A DNA stretch of 54,194 bases, filler included, from Stramenopiles sp. TOSAG23-6 (lineage: Eukaryota): NCBI GenBank assembly GCA_900128565.1. It is 2 parts of 2 records of this genome, joined end to end, with 100 filler letters (N's around TTAATTAATTAA, not from the genome) between each part and the next. Parts side by side here need not be neighbours in the genome. Positions count along the whole stretch, not along the records: positions 1 to 27,236 come from LT635982.1; 1 more part is not named here. One strand, given 5' to 3'. Below are positions 10,507 to 22,361 of this stretch, piece by piece (the stretch's first letter is position 1; the number at the start of each line of letters is the position of its first letter). Position numbers and translations under genes: made by a program. The notes beneath the pieces are model-generated. The model did no database searches. It was not told the origin of the DNA and saw only the letters and a list, made by a program, of their open reading frames with translations.

Positions 10507-10876
10507 ATTAAATCTTGATTTTGATTTATTCACGAAATAACCCAATTTGAAATTTTATATTGGACATGAAAAAATTTAAAAAATCAATCGAATGGTAAAC
10601 ATTTCCATTCCCTTACATTCTCTAAGTGCTGTTGGGTGCTCTTGCTGTTTTATTTCATGCATTAAAATCACGTTTCTCGTAAAACAGCAGAAAAATTTTA
10701 AATGAAACAAACCTGCTTCAAAATTATAGTCAGAGAGAGAGAGTCAGCTGAGAGTTTTTCAAATAGTCAATTCGATGGGATTCGATGGTCAGAATTCATT
10801 CGTGTTTAAAAAAAAAAAAAAAAAAGAGAGCATTGATACCATTGATACGCTTCTTTTATACTTAACCATACATAAA

Positions 10877-12760
10877 ATGATGATGAAACTACTTGTGTCA
10901 TTGGTGGTATTGTGTACTTATTTCACTAAAGGTAAAGCCGGACTTGATGAAGAAAAGAAAGCTTTAGAAGACTTCTATGACGCAACTAACGGAACACAAT
11001 GGAAAAGTAATGAAGATTGGAAGACAGATGTACATGTTTGCGCTTGGTATGGCGTAAAATGTAATGTAAATAATGAAGCGGTTATTGGGTTACAGTTGAA
11101 CAACAATCAGCTATCTGGTCCAGGACTAACCAAAATAATTGGTCAACTAAAAAGTCTTGAATATTTGAACTTGGGAAACAATGATCTATCTGGTCCGATT
11201 CCAAAAGAAATTGGTCAACTAAGGAAGGTTAAAGTTTTACTCTTGTCAAACAACAAACTATCTGGATCAATTCCAAAGGAAATTGGTCAACTAAATCTCA
11301 AACGACTGGAATTGTATAAAAATCAACTATCTGGTGAAATACCAAAAGAAATTGGTCAACTAAAAAAGCTCAAGCGTTTTTCTTTGGGAGACAACAAACT
11401 ATCTGGTCCGATTCCAACGGAAGTTGGTCAACTAACAAATCTCAAAGATTTGACATTGTCAAACAACAAACTGTTTGGTGAAATACCTGGTGAAATTGGT
11501 CAGTTATCAAAGCTTGAAAATTTGGACTTGAAAGAAAACAACCTATCTGGTGAAATTCCTTCTAAAATTCGTAATCTTGTAAAGCTTAATACTTTGGATT
11601 TGTCCTGTAACAAGCTTTGTTCCTCACTAACTCACCACCAACTTTGTGAAAATGTATTGTCGTTGTCATCCAGCAAAAAAGTATTGTCGTTGTCATGTCT
11701 TGTAGCTGCCGAGCCTGGTGATTCTACAAATACATATCCAAAGTGTGAAAAAGATGCTTTAATTAAGCTGTACGACGCAACTGGTGGAGACAAATGGGAA
11801 AATCACGAAAATTGGAAGGAAACGGACGATGTTTGCGAATGGTATGGTGTAACTTGTGATGATGAAGGCTCTGTTGTGAAGTTAGAATTGTCATTCAACA
11901 ATGTATCTGGTGAAATACCAACAGAAATTGGTCAACTAACAAGTCTCGATGGGTTGTACTTGGACAATAACGAACTATCTGGTGAAATTCCTGATACAAT
12001 TTGTCGATTAACTAATCTCGATGAATTGAATTTGAAAGACAACAAACTATCTGGTCCAATATGTTCTGAAATTCTTGATTTACCAGAGCTCCAAGATGTT
12101 AATTTACATTTGGATGACAAAAACAAACCTCGTAAAATTACAGTTGTTGCTGTTGTCAGCAGCTCAGCTAAAAGTGTTGGTGAAGAATCTGGAAAAAAGA
12201 AAGAAGGCAAAGCTGAAGCAAAAGAAGAAAAGAAAGAAGGCAAAGCTGATGCAAAAGAAGAAAAGAAAGGTGTTGAAATTGTTCCTGCCTTGACGTGTAA
12301 TAATTTTCTACGTATCAATGATGACGCCACTAACAAAGAATGGCTCTCAACTTTAAGTGATGAGTTTCGCGTGTCTCCACATGATGAAAAAGAATGTGAC
12401 CATGGCAAGAAGTGTATCACCGAGTTCTCTTTGGTCGACTTTAAAGGAGAACAATATAAAATAATGTTTGGGCGTTGTGAACCTGGTGATTATGGTGTTT
12501 CAGATTGTAATGGTTCAATGGGCAATTTTGAGAAAGTAACACTCACACATCAAAAAGAAGAAGAATGGAAAATGTATCTCAAGGAAAGGAATCTGAGTTT
12601 AGTAAAACCAGCAGAACATTATTGTGCTGCGTGTGAGACAAATAATTGTAATATCTTTATGAGCTGGGGTGGTCTCCGAGGTTTGCCTTCAACGTCATCA
12701 ACAGCTACACCAATATTATTATTGGGTGTATTTGGGTTAGTATCTGTTTTGACGGTATGA
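10877..12760 (+). CDS. Secreted or GPI-type LRR protein with two capped LRR blocks and a Cys-rich C-terminal domain
   Basis: Signal peptide, two ALxxxYDATxGxxW...CxWYGVxC caps, LxLxxNxLSGxIPxEIGQL repeats, and a hydrophobic tail. Confidence 0.9.
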   Translation: MMMKLLVSLVVLCTYFTKGKAGLDEEKKALEDFYDATNGTQWKSNEDWKTDVHVCAWYGVKCNVNNEAVIGLQLNNNQLSGPGLTKIIGQLKSLEYLNLGNNDLSGPIPKEIGQLRKVKVLLLSNNKLSGSIPKEIGQLNLKRLELYKNQLSGEIPKEIGQLKKLKRFSLGDNKLSGPIPTEVGQLTNLKDLTLSNNKLFGEIPGEIGQLSKLENLDLKENNLSGEIPSKIRNLVKLNTLDLSCNKLCSSLTHHQLCENVLSLSSSKKVLSLSCLVAAEPGDSTNTYPKCEKDALIKLYDATGGDKWENHENWKETDDVCEWYGVTCDDEGSVVKLELSFNNVSGEIPTEIGQLTSLDGLYLDNNELSGEIPDTICRLTNLDELNLKDNKLSGPICSEILDLPELQDVNLHLDDKNKPRKITVVAVVSSSAKSVGEESGKKKEGKAEAKEEKKEGKADAKEEKKGVEIVPALTCNNFLRINDDATNKEWLSTLSDEFRVSPHDEKECDHGKKCITEFSLVDFKGEQYKIMFGRCEPGDYGVSDCNGSMGNFEKVTLTHQKEEEWKMYLKERNLSLVKPAEHYCAACETNNCNIFMSWGGLRGLPSTSSTATPILLLGVFGLVSVLTV

Positions 12761-13351
12761 ATTGAAGTAAAATATTTCAATTTTTTTTTAATTTTTCTTG
12801 TGAAGTAATAAATTTAACATGAAATATATATATATTATATTATATTATATAGTATTGCATATTGCGTGTCCAAGAAGACTTGATCGTGCTAAATATATTA
12901 TCTAGATACTCAGAGTTGACATTTTTTTGCATAATATATGGGTACTTCTGTGCGTGGGTTTTTTTCTTCTATGTTAATAAGACTATTGAATATTCATACA
13001 AAACACTGGAACAGTTTGAAATGGTTGGTTGTGATAAATGTGTCTTGTGCAGCAGCTGTGGCTTGTTTCATTGTTTTATATTATCATTGGAGTGAAAAAA
13101 ATCATAAGAAATAACTCAATAGAATAGCATTTATACGACACGGAATATTGCCAAAAAACAAAAAAAGAAAATCGAATTTTTCAAATGCATTTCGATTTAT
13201 TTTCAAACCGTAACGTAAAAATATATATCAAACGAGGAACAATTGTTCCTACACTTAATTAAGCGCCGCTCAGAGAGGAGACACACACACAACAAGACTT
13301 TAGTACATTTTGAGGGTTCTTGAATTATAACCATAGAGAATCACCCGAATA

Positions 13352-14749
13352 ATGGAGCAAGATCAAACCAGTACTCCTTTGTTGATGGCAATGTCTATCT
13401 TTTCTGGTCTTAATAATGGTTTCAACTGTTCCGTAATGAATGGTTTGATACCACGTATGAAGTTTCTCCTCAGGCTAGGCGACGTTGAAGAAGGATTTCT
13501 TACCAGTATTTTATTTGTTGGTGTTCTTTTCGGTATTTCATTTGCTGGGCTATACTCAAACGACAATATTGGTAGAAAGCGCACAACAGTAGCAGGCGAG
13601 TCTGTGATAATCATTGGAAGCATTGGTCAGCTAATTTATCTCAACTTTTGGACAATTTTATCTTTTCGCCTTCTTACTGGAGTTGGTCTTGGTATTTGTG
13701 CTGTTACGAAACCTTTATATGTGTCAGAGTTATCTGATCGAAATGTGAGAGGACGGGTTGTAGCTTGTTTTTCCGTTGCATTTTCGATTGGAATGATTAG
13801 TGTTTTCATAATGGAAGCAGTTCTTCCTGATGCAGAAAGTACAGAAAATACTTTCATGGCAAAGGAGGCCTGGCGCTTCGAAGTAGCTTTTGGCCTGATA
13901 CCTGCTCTAATTTTATGTGTTCTTGTATATTATTATATTCCAGAGTCACCAGTCTATCTTCAATTACTCAATCGAAATGAGCCACAAGTGCAGCGAGTAG
14001 ACAACAAACAAAAAAATGCTACAATTGTAAAACGAGCCATAGTGTTAACCTTCATACTATCGATTGGTCATCAATTTTCATTGATGTCTATTTTTATGGG
14101 TAGAACTCGTGAAATTATTGAACGCATGGGATGTCCACATACTTCATCTAATCATTGGTCCACTTTCTTATCTTTATTTCATTTGATCGGTATTTTGATC
14201 AGTCTTCCTATCATTGATCAGATTGGTAGGCGTGCATTGCTTCTTTGTTCGTATACTTTAGGAATTATTCTCTCATCCTTCCTATGCATCATATTATTAT
14301 TCTCTAATGAGAATTTTGTTGAATTGAAGATTATCCTATTATGCTTATATTGTGGTGCATATCAACTTGGAATATCATCAACTTTTTATGTTATTATTAA
14401 TGAAACCTGGCCTCTTCACCTCAGAGCAAAAGGAATGGGATTAGGTGCTTTTATTGTTTTCTTCGAAGTGACTGTTATTACTGGATTTTATCCAATATAT
14501 CGAGAATCAATTCATATCGGGACCTTCTTTGGCATTGCTGCTACATCTCTAATTATTTGTATGAGTCTTGTCTGGAATTATTTACCAGAAACTCGAGGTG
14601 TCAAAATTGAAGAAGTTGAACATATGTGGGAAAAGTATATTAGTAAAAAACAAATTAAGAATGAAAATAATGTGATAACACATCAAAAATGTCAAAACAA
14701 GAGTGTCGAAATTGGTATTAATACGCTAACAACGTCAAAAGTTACATAA
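13352..14749 (+). CDS. MFS sugar-porter family transporter
   Basis: IGRKR, PLYVSELS..RG, PESP, DQIGRR and PETRG motifs with many TM segments. Confidence 0.92.
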   Translation: MEQDQTSTPLLMAMSIFSGLNNGFNCSVMNGLIPRMKFLLRLGDVEEGFLTSILFVGVLFGISFAGLYSNDNIGRKRTTVAGESVIIIGSIGQLIYLNFWTILSFRLLTGVGLGICAVTKPLYVSELSDRNVRGRVVACFSVAFSIGMISVFIMEAVLPDAESTENTFMAKEAWRFEVAFGLIPALILCVLVYYYIPESPVYLQLLNRNEPQVQRVDNKQKNATIVKRAIVLTFILSIGHQFSLMSIFMGRTREIIERMGCPHTSSNHWSTFLSLFHLIGILISLPIIDQIGRRALLLCSYTLGIILSSFLCIILLFSNENFVELKIILLCLYCGAYQLGISSTFYVIINETWPLHLRAKGMGLGAFIVFFEVTVITGFYPIYRESIHIGTFFGIAATSLIICMSLVWNYLPETRGVKIEEVEHMWEKYISKKQIKNENNVITHQKCQNKSVEIGINTLTTSKVT

Positions 14750-14822
14750 ATAAATAAAACCCTCTAATCAATAATGTTCAACTATTCACTCAAAAAATCT
14801 CTATTGTAAATATCTCAAATCT

Positions 14823-14850
14823 AAACCCTAACCCTAATCGATGACGTCAT
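14823..14850 (+). promoter_or_regulatory. Telo-box-like AAACCCTAACCCTAA next to the ATGACGTCAT palindrome
   Basis: About 200 bp upstream of the ATG at 15043. Confidence 0.45.
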
Positions 14851-15042
14851 ACTTTTACGTTATAACAGAAATTTGTGTAACCGTTCATTTATGCATGTTC
14901 TCGAAACAGTGCAACCAAGGTCTTACAACGGTTGTTTTTTTCTCGTGTTCGCCGAACATATAGATAGTTAATTTATATACCACACACGCCATCAATCTAG
15001 CCAATCGTGTAGTGTTGTATCGTTGTTAGTTGTGTTAGGTTT

Positions 15043-17608
15043 ATGAAGGTTCTTTTAGTTGATGCGTTCTCTAAAAGTGCAAAGGGACGATCACAGTTCA
15101 AGCAATTTTATGAAATTACTCGACAGTGCTTTGAACGAGCTTCCGAGGGAGTTCAACCGAATTATGTGGTTCGTTCATTTAGAAATTTAAAGGATTACAT
15201 ATATGAAGCCGATACCGAGTTTATGAACCCTCGTGCGTATCGTAATTTCGACTCCGTTGATTTTATAATTGTTGACGGGAATGCAAATTTAAGACCATGG
15301 ACACGTCAGGTCCGACAGTTATTGTTGCTATTCAAAATGGCAGTAATGACCCAAAAATGTTGTTTCCTTGCATCAGTAGGTTTTCAAACTCTTGTCCATT
15401 TATTCGCGACATCAGGAGTTAAATTAGAAATTCTCAATGGACCTGTCGGCGGACGCACAGAGGACCTGTCGTTTACAAAACCAGTGGTACGTGATAAAAA
15501 CGCTGTCATGTCACAGCCACTCCCTGTTTTTCTCGATAATAAAACTGGGGATTTGTTTTTTTATAGACCAAATAAGAAAGCATGGTGTGCTTGTTCTAAT
15601 GTTGGTATGCGTCTTGAAAGTGCTGCTGAAAGAAAGCGTGCGTTTTCATCATGAATTTCAAGTTTATTTTAAATTTATTTTTTGTACCAAATTTTGTACC
15701 TAACAATTTTTTGTAAGGAAAAAAAAATATTTTTCACAATATATGTGTGTATAGACCACAGTACCAGGTACACAAGGAAGTAGACGGACCTTACATGTCC
15801 AAGCCCACGTCTGAAACCGTTTGTATTATTCATATGAAATATGTACAACATTTCATATTCCGAAATATTCGAACTCATCGATTTGTTATTCCTCAACAAA
15901 ATAAATGGGTTGTTAATGAATCGGTTAACTCGCTGTCTTTTGCAAATTATAAACTTCTTGCAGATAATTCTAGGGAACCTCAAATTATCGAATATCAAAA
16001 CATACTTGGGATACAACCAAATATTCAAAATAGAAGTAAATATCCAGAAGTAGCACAGATGCTTGAAAACTATATTAATCATCTATATACACAGATGCGT
16101 CATAAGGATCATATTGATTCGCGTATAACGTCAACCAGTTGGGAATCTTTTGTAAATCAATTTTCAAGAAATCGAAACAAAGGAAAAATGAAAAGACCAG
16201 AAAGTAAAAGTATGTTTAATCAAATTCCGAAGCTAAATCAAAAGGAATTATCACCATCCATTGACACAATTGACGATGAAGATAGCTTTACGTTGTCAGG
16301 TTTGTCTTGTAGCAGTTCATTTGTAGATGCAAAGGAAAGAAATGTTAGACGAACTCAAAGCGCAACAGTTCGTTCGACACCAACAAATCGAAATTCTTCT
16401 AATCTACATAGTGGCCGCATCAATTATAAACAAAAATCAAATCTTAGCAGGAGACCTGAATCTGCTATGCCTCGGAGTTCTGGGTTTAGATCATCTCTAA
16501 AGGCCAAGGATCGACTTTTTAAACGTCGAAATTCTTTCAGTGTTGGAATTAGTAAAAAACAAGCTGTTGCGACATCTAATAATGGAATACGGAAAAGGTC
16601 AGCTGCAGAGGAAGAAAAAAAGAGGCTTGCAATTCAAGATCGAAGAAACATGCTTGGCGATTCGTTTACAATGACACCAGCAACTATACCAAAACTAGTA
16701 CCCTCCACAATTCCATCATCGCCAATGAGGGGATCAGGAATGGCAGCTGCAAAACGGCGTGTGAAAACAGCATCATTGGTCCGTCCAAAAGTTCAAGGAA
16801 ATAGATTTACACGCCGTGTCAATAGTGCTCGCCCTAGGAGTCGTTCTACTATATCGATTGCCTCCAATAAAGAGGCATTGAAACTAAATGAGACGCTTGA
16901 AGAAGAAACAAACAAAAAAGTGGTAACTAATAGATCTGATGTGTCTAAGCAATTTGTTGACTCCACCGGATCTGAACCTCTCTCCTCCAATACCAACTCC
17001 CAATCAAACAATTTTGATTCAAATAATAACGATTCAAAAATGAAAACTAAGGTCAAAGTAAAAGTACAAAAGAGAAGAACAAATCAACACGATACTCACC
17101 CTAAAAAACAATGGATGAATAAAATAGAAAATGATCGAAATAAAAGAGCAGGCAAAGTCAAAGTTGTGCGTACCAAAAAAAAAGTACCATTTTGTGCATT
17201 TGCTAAGCATTCGCGCAGAGAGAAAAGAGATCGACTTATTCCCGGATATGGCAATGGATGCGTCGTAACAGCATCAGGGCCTTATATGTCATATCATGAT
17301 CGAAAGATGCATGTATGTGTTCGTCCTTTTAATTTTAGTTTTTGTTTTCCAAAACATTTTGCGCACCTAACAGAATCATTAATTTTTTAAAATATTTTTT
17401 CATAATACAGGAGAGTAAAATTAGTAAAACTAAATGGATAGGAACCCGTAACTTTACTGCAGTAGTGGGTAAAGCTACAACAAACGATATTCCATGGTCT
17501 GGTTTTGTACGATGCAGTGGTCCTTATCGAGATGGAGTTGTGCAATTTAGAGATTTTTCAGGAGAAAAACTTAAAGCTGATCCATTGAAAAGACGCGGTT
17601 GGCAGTGA
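15043..17608 (+). CDS. Hypothetical protein with an N-terminal class-I-glutamine-amidotransferase-like fold and a low-complexity basic C-terminus; exons 15043-15637, 15745-17312, 17411-17608 (786 aa)
   Basis: MKVLLVDAF start, DFIIVDG and FLASVGFQTL; spliced length 2361 nt is divisible by 3. Confidence 0.7.
15638..15744 (+). other. Non-canonical intron GT..AT (107 nt)
   Basis: aagc|gtgcgttttcatcatg...gtaccaaattttgtacctaac...aatatttttcacaatatat|gt; the first downstream AGs are out of frame. Confidence 0.75.
17313..17410 (+). other. Family intron GT..AG (98 nt)
   Basis: cat|gtatgtg...cacctaac...aatattttttcataatacag|gag. Confidence 0.85.
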
Positions 17609-17718
17609 ATTCTTTATGAAAGAAATATAATATAATTTGGATAAAATGAAATAAAAGTGAATTCTTTTACTTATGAAAAACATTCGTTTAAATCTTTATA
17701 TGTACAACAACAAAGGTA

Positions 17719-18649
17719 TTAAATACGGCTCAGGGAGGCATCATTTGACCGATGTACAGTATATGTATACGATTGATCAAGTTGCTCAAATCGAATAGGA
17801 GTACTGCATATAAGACAAATAGGTTTTTTATTTCCCGTCTCATCAGCTGCTCTCATTAAAGTCTTTTTGCAGTCCATATGCATCCCATGTCCACAAGCAA
17901 CAAAACAAACGATCTGACCGGGTGGATGAAACATATATTCATTACATAGAGGACATACAATATTTGTTGGTTTATCTTCAACAATTAAAGGTTGCGAAAC
18001 AATGCTTTCGTTTGGTCGTAACCATTTTGGTAATGAGCTTTGATCTTTGCTCCAGTCTGTATAAATTTTACGTAAATCATTTGGTAAAATAGATTTTTTA
18101 CTTCCCACTAGAGTAGAAGTTAAGTTTGCCTTTCGTATAGCTTCTTCTTCTCGATCTCGTTTAACAGTTTCGACATAATTGTCCATAATATTGTGATATG
18201 CTTTATCCTTTGGTTCAAGTTTATCATCTAGTTGCTTTGGCTTAGGTTTTTTTGCCTCCAAAATGGCTTCTGCTTCTGCATTTTGCTCATCTACATATCT
18301 TAACATTCTTATAGCATCTCGACGTACGTCCAACTCCTCCTCCGTTTTGTGATCTCTAATCAGTTTTCTATTGCGAAAACGATCTGCGAGGGTTTTGGCC
18401 ACCTTAGCTTGTAGTCTAACTGAGTTACTCAGCACATTCAAATCGTCAGTGTGATTCACTTTTTTTCTAAGTTCTTCTATTCTATCTTCCTCTTTTTTTT
18501 TTCCAAGCAATCTCTTCATCCGTAAGCTTCGCTTCACCAGATTTCCTATCTTTTTTATCACTCTTATTGCTTGAAGAAAAAATTTCTTCTTTAGGTGCTA
18601 ACCAAGGATTAACTTCAGCTGACCGATATACTTCATCGTCAAACGACAT
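17719..18649 (-). CDS. Coiled-coil protein with a C-terminal RING-type zinc finger; one extra A in the 18493-18502 run
   Basis: CPLC...ACGHGMHMDC...CLIC. The ATG at 18649 (MSFDDEV...IAWKKK) joins the downstream frame if A10 is read as A9. Confidence 0.75.
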
Positions 18650-19120
18650 TTTAGGAAAGGTAAAGAGATGGACTTGAAATCAGAGTTATATAACTTCCGT
18701 TGTTGTTATATAATTCATTAAAAAAAAGGCAAAAAGTGTTTGATTAAGTTAAGGCTTAATCCGGAAAACAACATTTTGATTTTGATTATTATCCCGCCAC
18801 TGCTTTAAATTTAGTTTTGTAGTAAATACTATTTATAGTAGTTTCTTACAAATACCACCTTTCGTAGTAGGCGGTAGAATCCAATCTTTTTTGGAAAATG
18901 AAACGGACCGGTTTAACGCCAAAGTTTTCGTATCTTTGTATAAAAAAGGTAAATATAAGGAAGGACTAGCCCCGATTCGAAATTCCTTCTCTAGTTAGAT
19001 TTTCATCGTCATTGCTATATATTGATGAAATATACGAATTGCTTTGAAGCAAGTCTATATGAAAAAAAGCCAATGAAGTTCCATTAATTGGTTCCTCGCT
19101 ATATAGAAAATAAACGTACC

Positions 19121-21511
19121 ATGGGGGCGGCAGCGTCGATTCCTCAATATTTAGATGAAACAACTTGTCGTCGGTTTGCTGGAGCTGCATTCGATCAACA
19201 AAAGTTCAATTCTACACAACGTTCTGGTCGGGTATCTAAATATGAGTTCTTGGCGTTTGCGAAAGAAAAACAACAACCACTTGAAAGACTACAGCCGACA
19301 CAAATGGTATACAAACAGGACGTTCCAAGACAATCGCAACAGAGCAGCATTGTAACAGGACAATCGCAACAGAGCAGCATTGTAACAGGACTTAATGGTT
19401 CAGCCATTGAACCAGGAAAGGTTTACTATCACCATTCATCTACTAATTCGCAGAAATTAAACAATACTTTGGGCCAACCTTTCACAAGTAATATTCAACA
19501 AAATTTTTCGCAAAAATATCCCCAGAAAAATATTATTCCAAGACAACCAAATATTGCAAACAGTGATGCAGAGTATAAAACTATGACTTCAATAAATCAG
19601 CAATTTTACAAAAACCACCAAATGCAGTCATTTGAAAATGTTTCTCGTCCAATACAACAAAGTAATTTTGGTTCGAGTAGTTTTAAAGTTGGGTCTGGTA
19701 AAATGCGAAATATTCCAATTTTTAATAGTACGCAAAATATTGGGGCATCATATGCTTCGGGTTTCCCGAACAATTTACCAAATGTATCATCTAATTTTGG
19801 TACAAATAGAAATGATAATTTTAATGCAAATAGAAATGATAATTTTAATGTAAATAGAAATGATAATTTTAATGTAAATAGAAATCTTAGCACTACTGAT
19901 GTCGCAAAAACAAATAGAAATGATAATTTTCGTGCAAATAGAAATGACAACACGAATACCAGAGAAACACATGCTGTTAATTATACAAATGGAAGGTCAT
20001 CGACAAGTAGTAAAGGCGTAGCAATGGCTCTGCGATATAATGCAGTTGATGATAGTATTCAACGACAAAGTCAACAAAAGAATAAAACGAATGATCATAA
20101 TATTAGTCACACTCAAAATATAGAACATAATGCTGGCAAAGGAGTAGCGATGGCATTACGGGGCAGCACGATTACACCAAACGTACAATTACGAGTTACA
20201 AAAAGTGCGGGAGATCTCTTAAACAACCCAAATTCTACTGCTATTGGTTCTCATAGAGTAAGAAATGCCCCTCTGACTTTGTCTAATTTAAATCCCACAT
20301 TTCCATCACCACTAACTGTGAATGCACTAGTTCAAATTACGTATAGCGTTGCTTTTGCACGTGAAAATCCTCTGGACCCAACGCAATATTATGGGCGAGT
20401 CGTGAAAAATGATGGGCATGAATGTCACATTGATTTTGGGGAGGATGGAACATTTAGATTTTATCTAATTCATAATAATGACGTACAAACACAATATAAT
20501 AGTACAGTCGTAAAAGATGCGGATGGTTTTAATGTAACAGTCCGTCGACTGAATGCAAATAGAAATGGATTCCAAGACACAAACAATTTAAGTTATATCA
20601 AACAACAAAAGCATCAACAATTTCATAACTTAAATTCATCTGAGTTTAATGCATCCTCTTCGCCGAATACAAACGATGCATTGTTAGGTAAAACACAAGC
20701 AATTGTAGATTGCAATGTAAATGGATCAAATCTAAATGTATCAACTACTTTAGAATCAGAACCTGAACCTGATCCAATCATTGATCTTCAACTCTGGATT
20801 CATCATGATAACTCAGCACATGCTAATCGTACAACTGGGCAAGTTATATTGATTGAAGGAAAGACACCATCAGGTGCATATATTATTATTAGAGGTGTTA
20901 TTGAAAAATCAGGAGAAATTTCAAGTTTTGACTTTGAAGATGATTCAAAATCTGCTGGTACTAAAGAAGCGCATAAAGGATCATATTGTATATTAGTAAA
21001 AGATATCAAAGGATTCATTTATGGGTGTAATAAAAGTACTACTGATAATACTAAAGATAAAAATGACACCAATGTAACAAGTAATGTATTATATAGTAAA
21101 AATATCACAAAAATGCCAAACAAATATTTAAACAAACGCCAAGAAATTGAAGAACGATCAAATCCTCGTACATTCGATACAGATATTCGACTTGATGACA
21201 AAGCTGCAGCAACTAACAGAGAGGTTATTCTTGCCTTGAACTCATGCACAGGACCAATTGACGTAATTTTTGATCCCCAGCGACAGGGAGGGAAGCAAGG
21301 TTGGTATCCACGTAAAAAAGATATGCGTGGTAACGGTAAAACAGTGACAATACCAGCATCTTTTAGGTCAAATAATGTAGGATATATGAAATTGGGAGAT
21401 GATATGAGTGCTTTTGGTAATCAATTTCTATCGCTTGACGGTGGTTGTACTTTTATGAATCAAAAAGAAGCAGAAATATTACAGAGTTTAGGATTTCGTG
21501 TACGTGTGTAG
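19121..21511 (+). CDS. Hypothetical N/Q-rich protein with a predicted N-myristoylation start (MGAAAS)
   Basis: Long intronless ORF with internal NRNDNFN and QSQQSSIVTG repeats. Confidence 0.7.
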   Translation: MGAAASIPQYLDETTCRRFAGAAFDQQKFNSTQRSGRVSKYEFLAFAKEKQQPLERLQPTQMVYKQDVPRQSQQSSIVTGQSQQSSIVTGLNGSAIEPGKVYYHHSSTNSQKLNNTLGQPFTSNIQQNFSQKYPQKNIIPRQPNIANSDAEYKTMTSINQQFYKNHQMQSFENVSRPIQQSNFGSSSFKVGSGKMRNIPIFNSTQNIGASYASGFPNNLPNVSSNFGTNRNDNFNANRNDNFNVNRNDNFNVNRNLSTTDVAKTNRNDNFRANRNDNTNTRETHAVNYTNGRSSTSSKGVAMALRYNAVDDSIQRQSQQKNKTNDHNISHTQNIEHNAGKGVAMALRGSTITPNVQLRVTKSAGDLLNNPNSTAIGSHRVRNAPLTLSNLNPTFPSPLTVNALVQITYSVAFARENPLDPTQYYGRVVKNDGHECHIDFGEDGTFRFYLIHNNDVQTQYNSTVVKDADGFNVTVRRLNANRNGFQDTNNLSYIKQQKHQQFHNLNSSEFNASSSPNTNDALLGKTQAIVDCNVNGSNLNVSTTLESEPEPDPIIDLQLWIHHDNSAHANRTTGQVILIEGKTPSGAYIIIRGVIEKSGEISSFDFEDDSKSAGTKEAHKGSYCILVKDIKGFIYGCNKSTTDNTKDKNDTNVTSNVLYSKNITKMPNKYLNKRQEIEERSNPRTFDTDIRLDDKAAATNREVILALNSCTGPIDVIFDPQRQGGKQGWYPRKKDMRGNGKTVTIPASFRSNNVGYMKLGDDMSAFGNQFLSLDGGCTFMNQKEAEILQSLGFRVRV
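19803..19948 (+). repeat. 21-bp coding repeats (NRNDNFN)
   Basis: aaatagaaatgataattttaatg units. Confidence 0.75.
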
Positions 21512-21779
21512 AAAAGTATTTAGTGTTCAGTTATTTTAGTTTTGGCATTATCAATAAAAATTGGGCATTGTTTGCTCCAATAGAATATATATTCTTGGCT
21601 TGGTTTGCTTAGTTTTTTTTTGTAATTTTTTTTGTAATTTGTTTTTAGTTTCGTACGAAAAAACGGCAAAAGGACTTCGTATAGCAATATTTCGATTTCC
21701 TTTTATCGGTTACGGTTCTTCCCTTTTTTTTGGGTATCACAAAAGCTAGTAGTGATCTCAGATACTATCATCTTTACTG

Positions 21780-22319
21780 ATGGCGGCTCATATTGAAACA
21801 TTTCAAGGCGAAAGTGACACATTTTGTGGCACAACAGATGAAAGAGAGTTTTATAAATGCTGTGATAGTGGTCGACTTGATAGGGCGAAATTCCTTCTTG
21901 ACGAAGGAAGAGTTGGAAATATTGACTGCACAAATGAGTTTGATTTTACACCACTGATCAACGTTTCGAGAAAAAAGAAAGACGACACTGGATTGTTTCC
22001 TCGTTGGATATTTGAAACTGCTCAAATGCTTCTTGAGCTAGGGGCGAATGCAAGCTGTGTGACATGCGACGAAGAGTCGCCCTTACATTGGGCTTGTAAA
22101 CGAAATAACTTAGAGTTAGTGAAACTGTTACTTGGTAAGCATCCAGAATGCCCAATCGGCACAAAAGGATTTCTAGAGCCATCTAATGTCTATCTTGTGG
22201 ATAAAAAAGGCGAAACTGCACGAAAAGAAGCGGAAAAGAAACGTTTTACAAATGTACTAAATATGATAAAGCAAGCAGAGATTGATCAAAAGAAAAGTAA
22301 AACTTGTATTATATTATAG
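21780..22319 (+). CDS. Ankyrin-repeat protein with a C-terminal CaaX box (CIIL)
   Basis: TPLI...LLELGAN and SPLHWACKRNNLELVKLLL; ends KKSKTCIIL. Confidence 0.85.
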   Translation: MAAHIETFQGESDTFCGTTDEREFYKCCDSGRLDRAKFLLDEGRVGNIDCTNEFDFTPLINVSRKKKDDTGLFPRWIFETAQMLLELGANASCVTCDEESPLHWACKRNNLELVKLLLGKHPECPIGTKGFLEPSNVYLVDKKGETARKEAEKKRFTNVLNMIKQAEIDQKKSKTCIIL

Positions 22320-22361
22320 AAGGGAAAAAAGAAGTTTAGCTAGAATAAGTAAATGAAATTC

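Noticed and set aside
11100-12060. Regularly spaced ~72-bp repeats resembling an array
   Set aside because: These are coding LRR units, not CRISPR.
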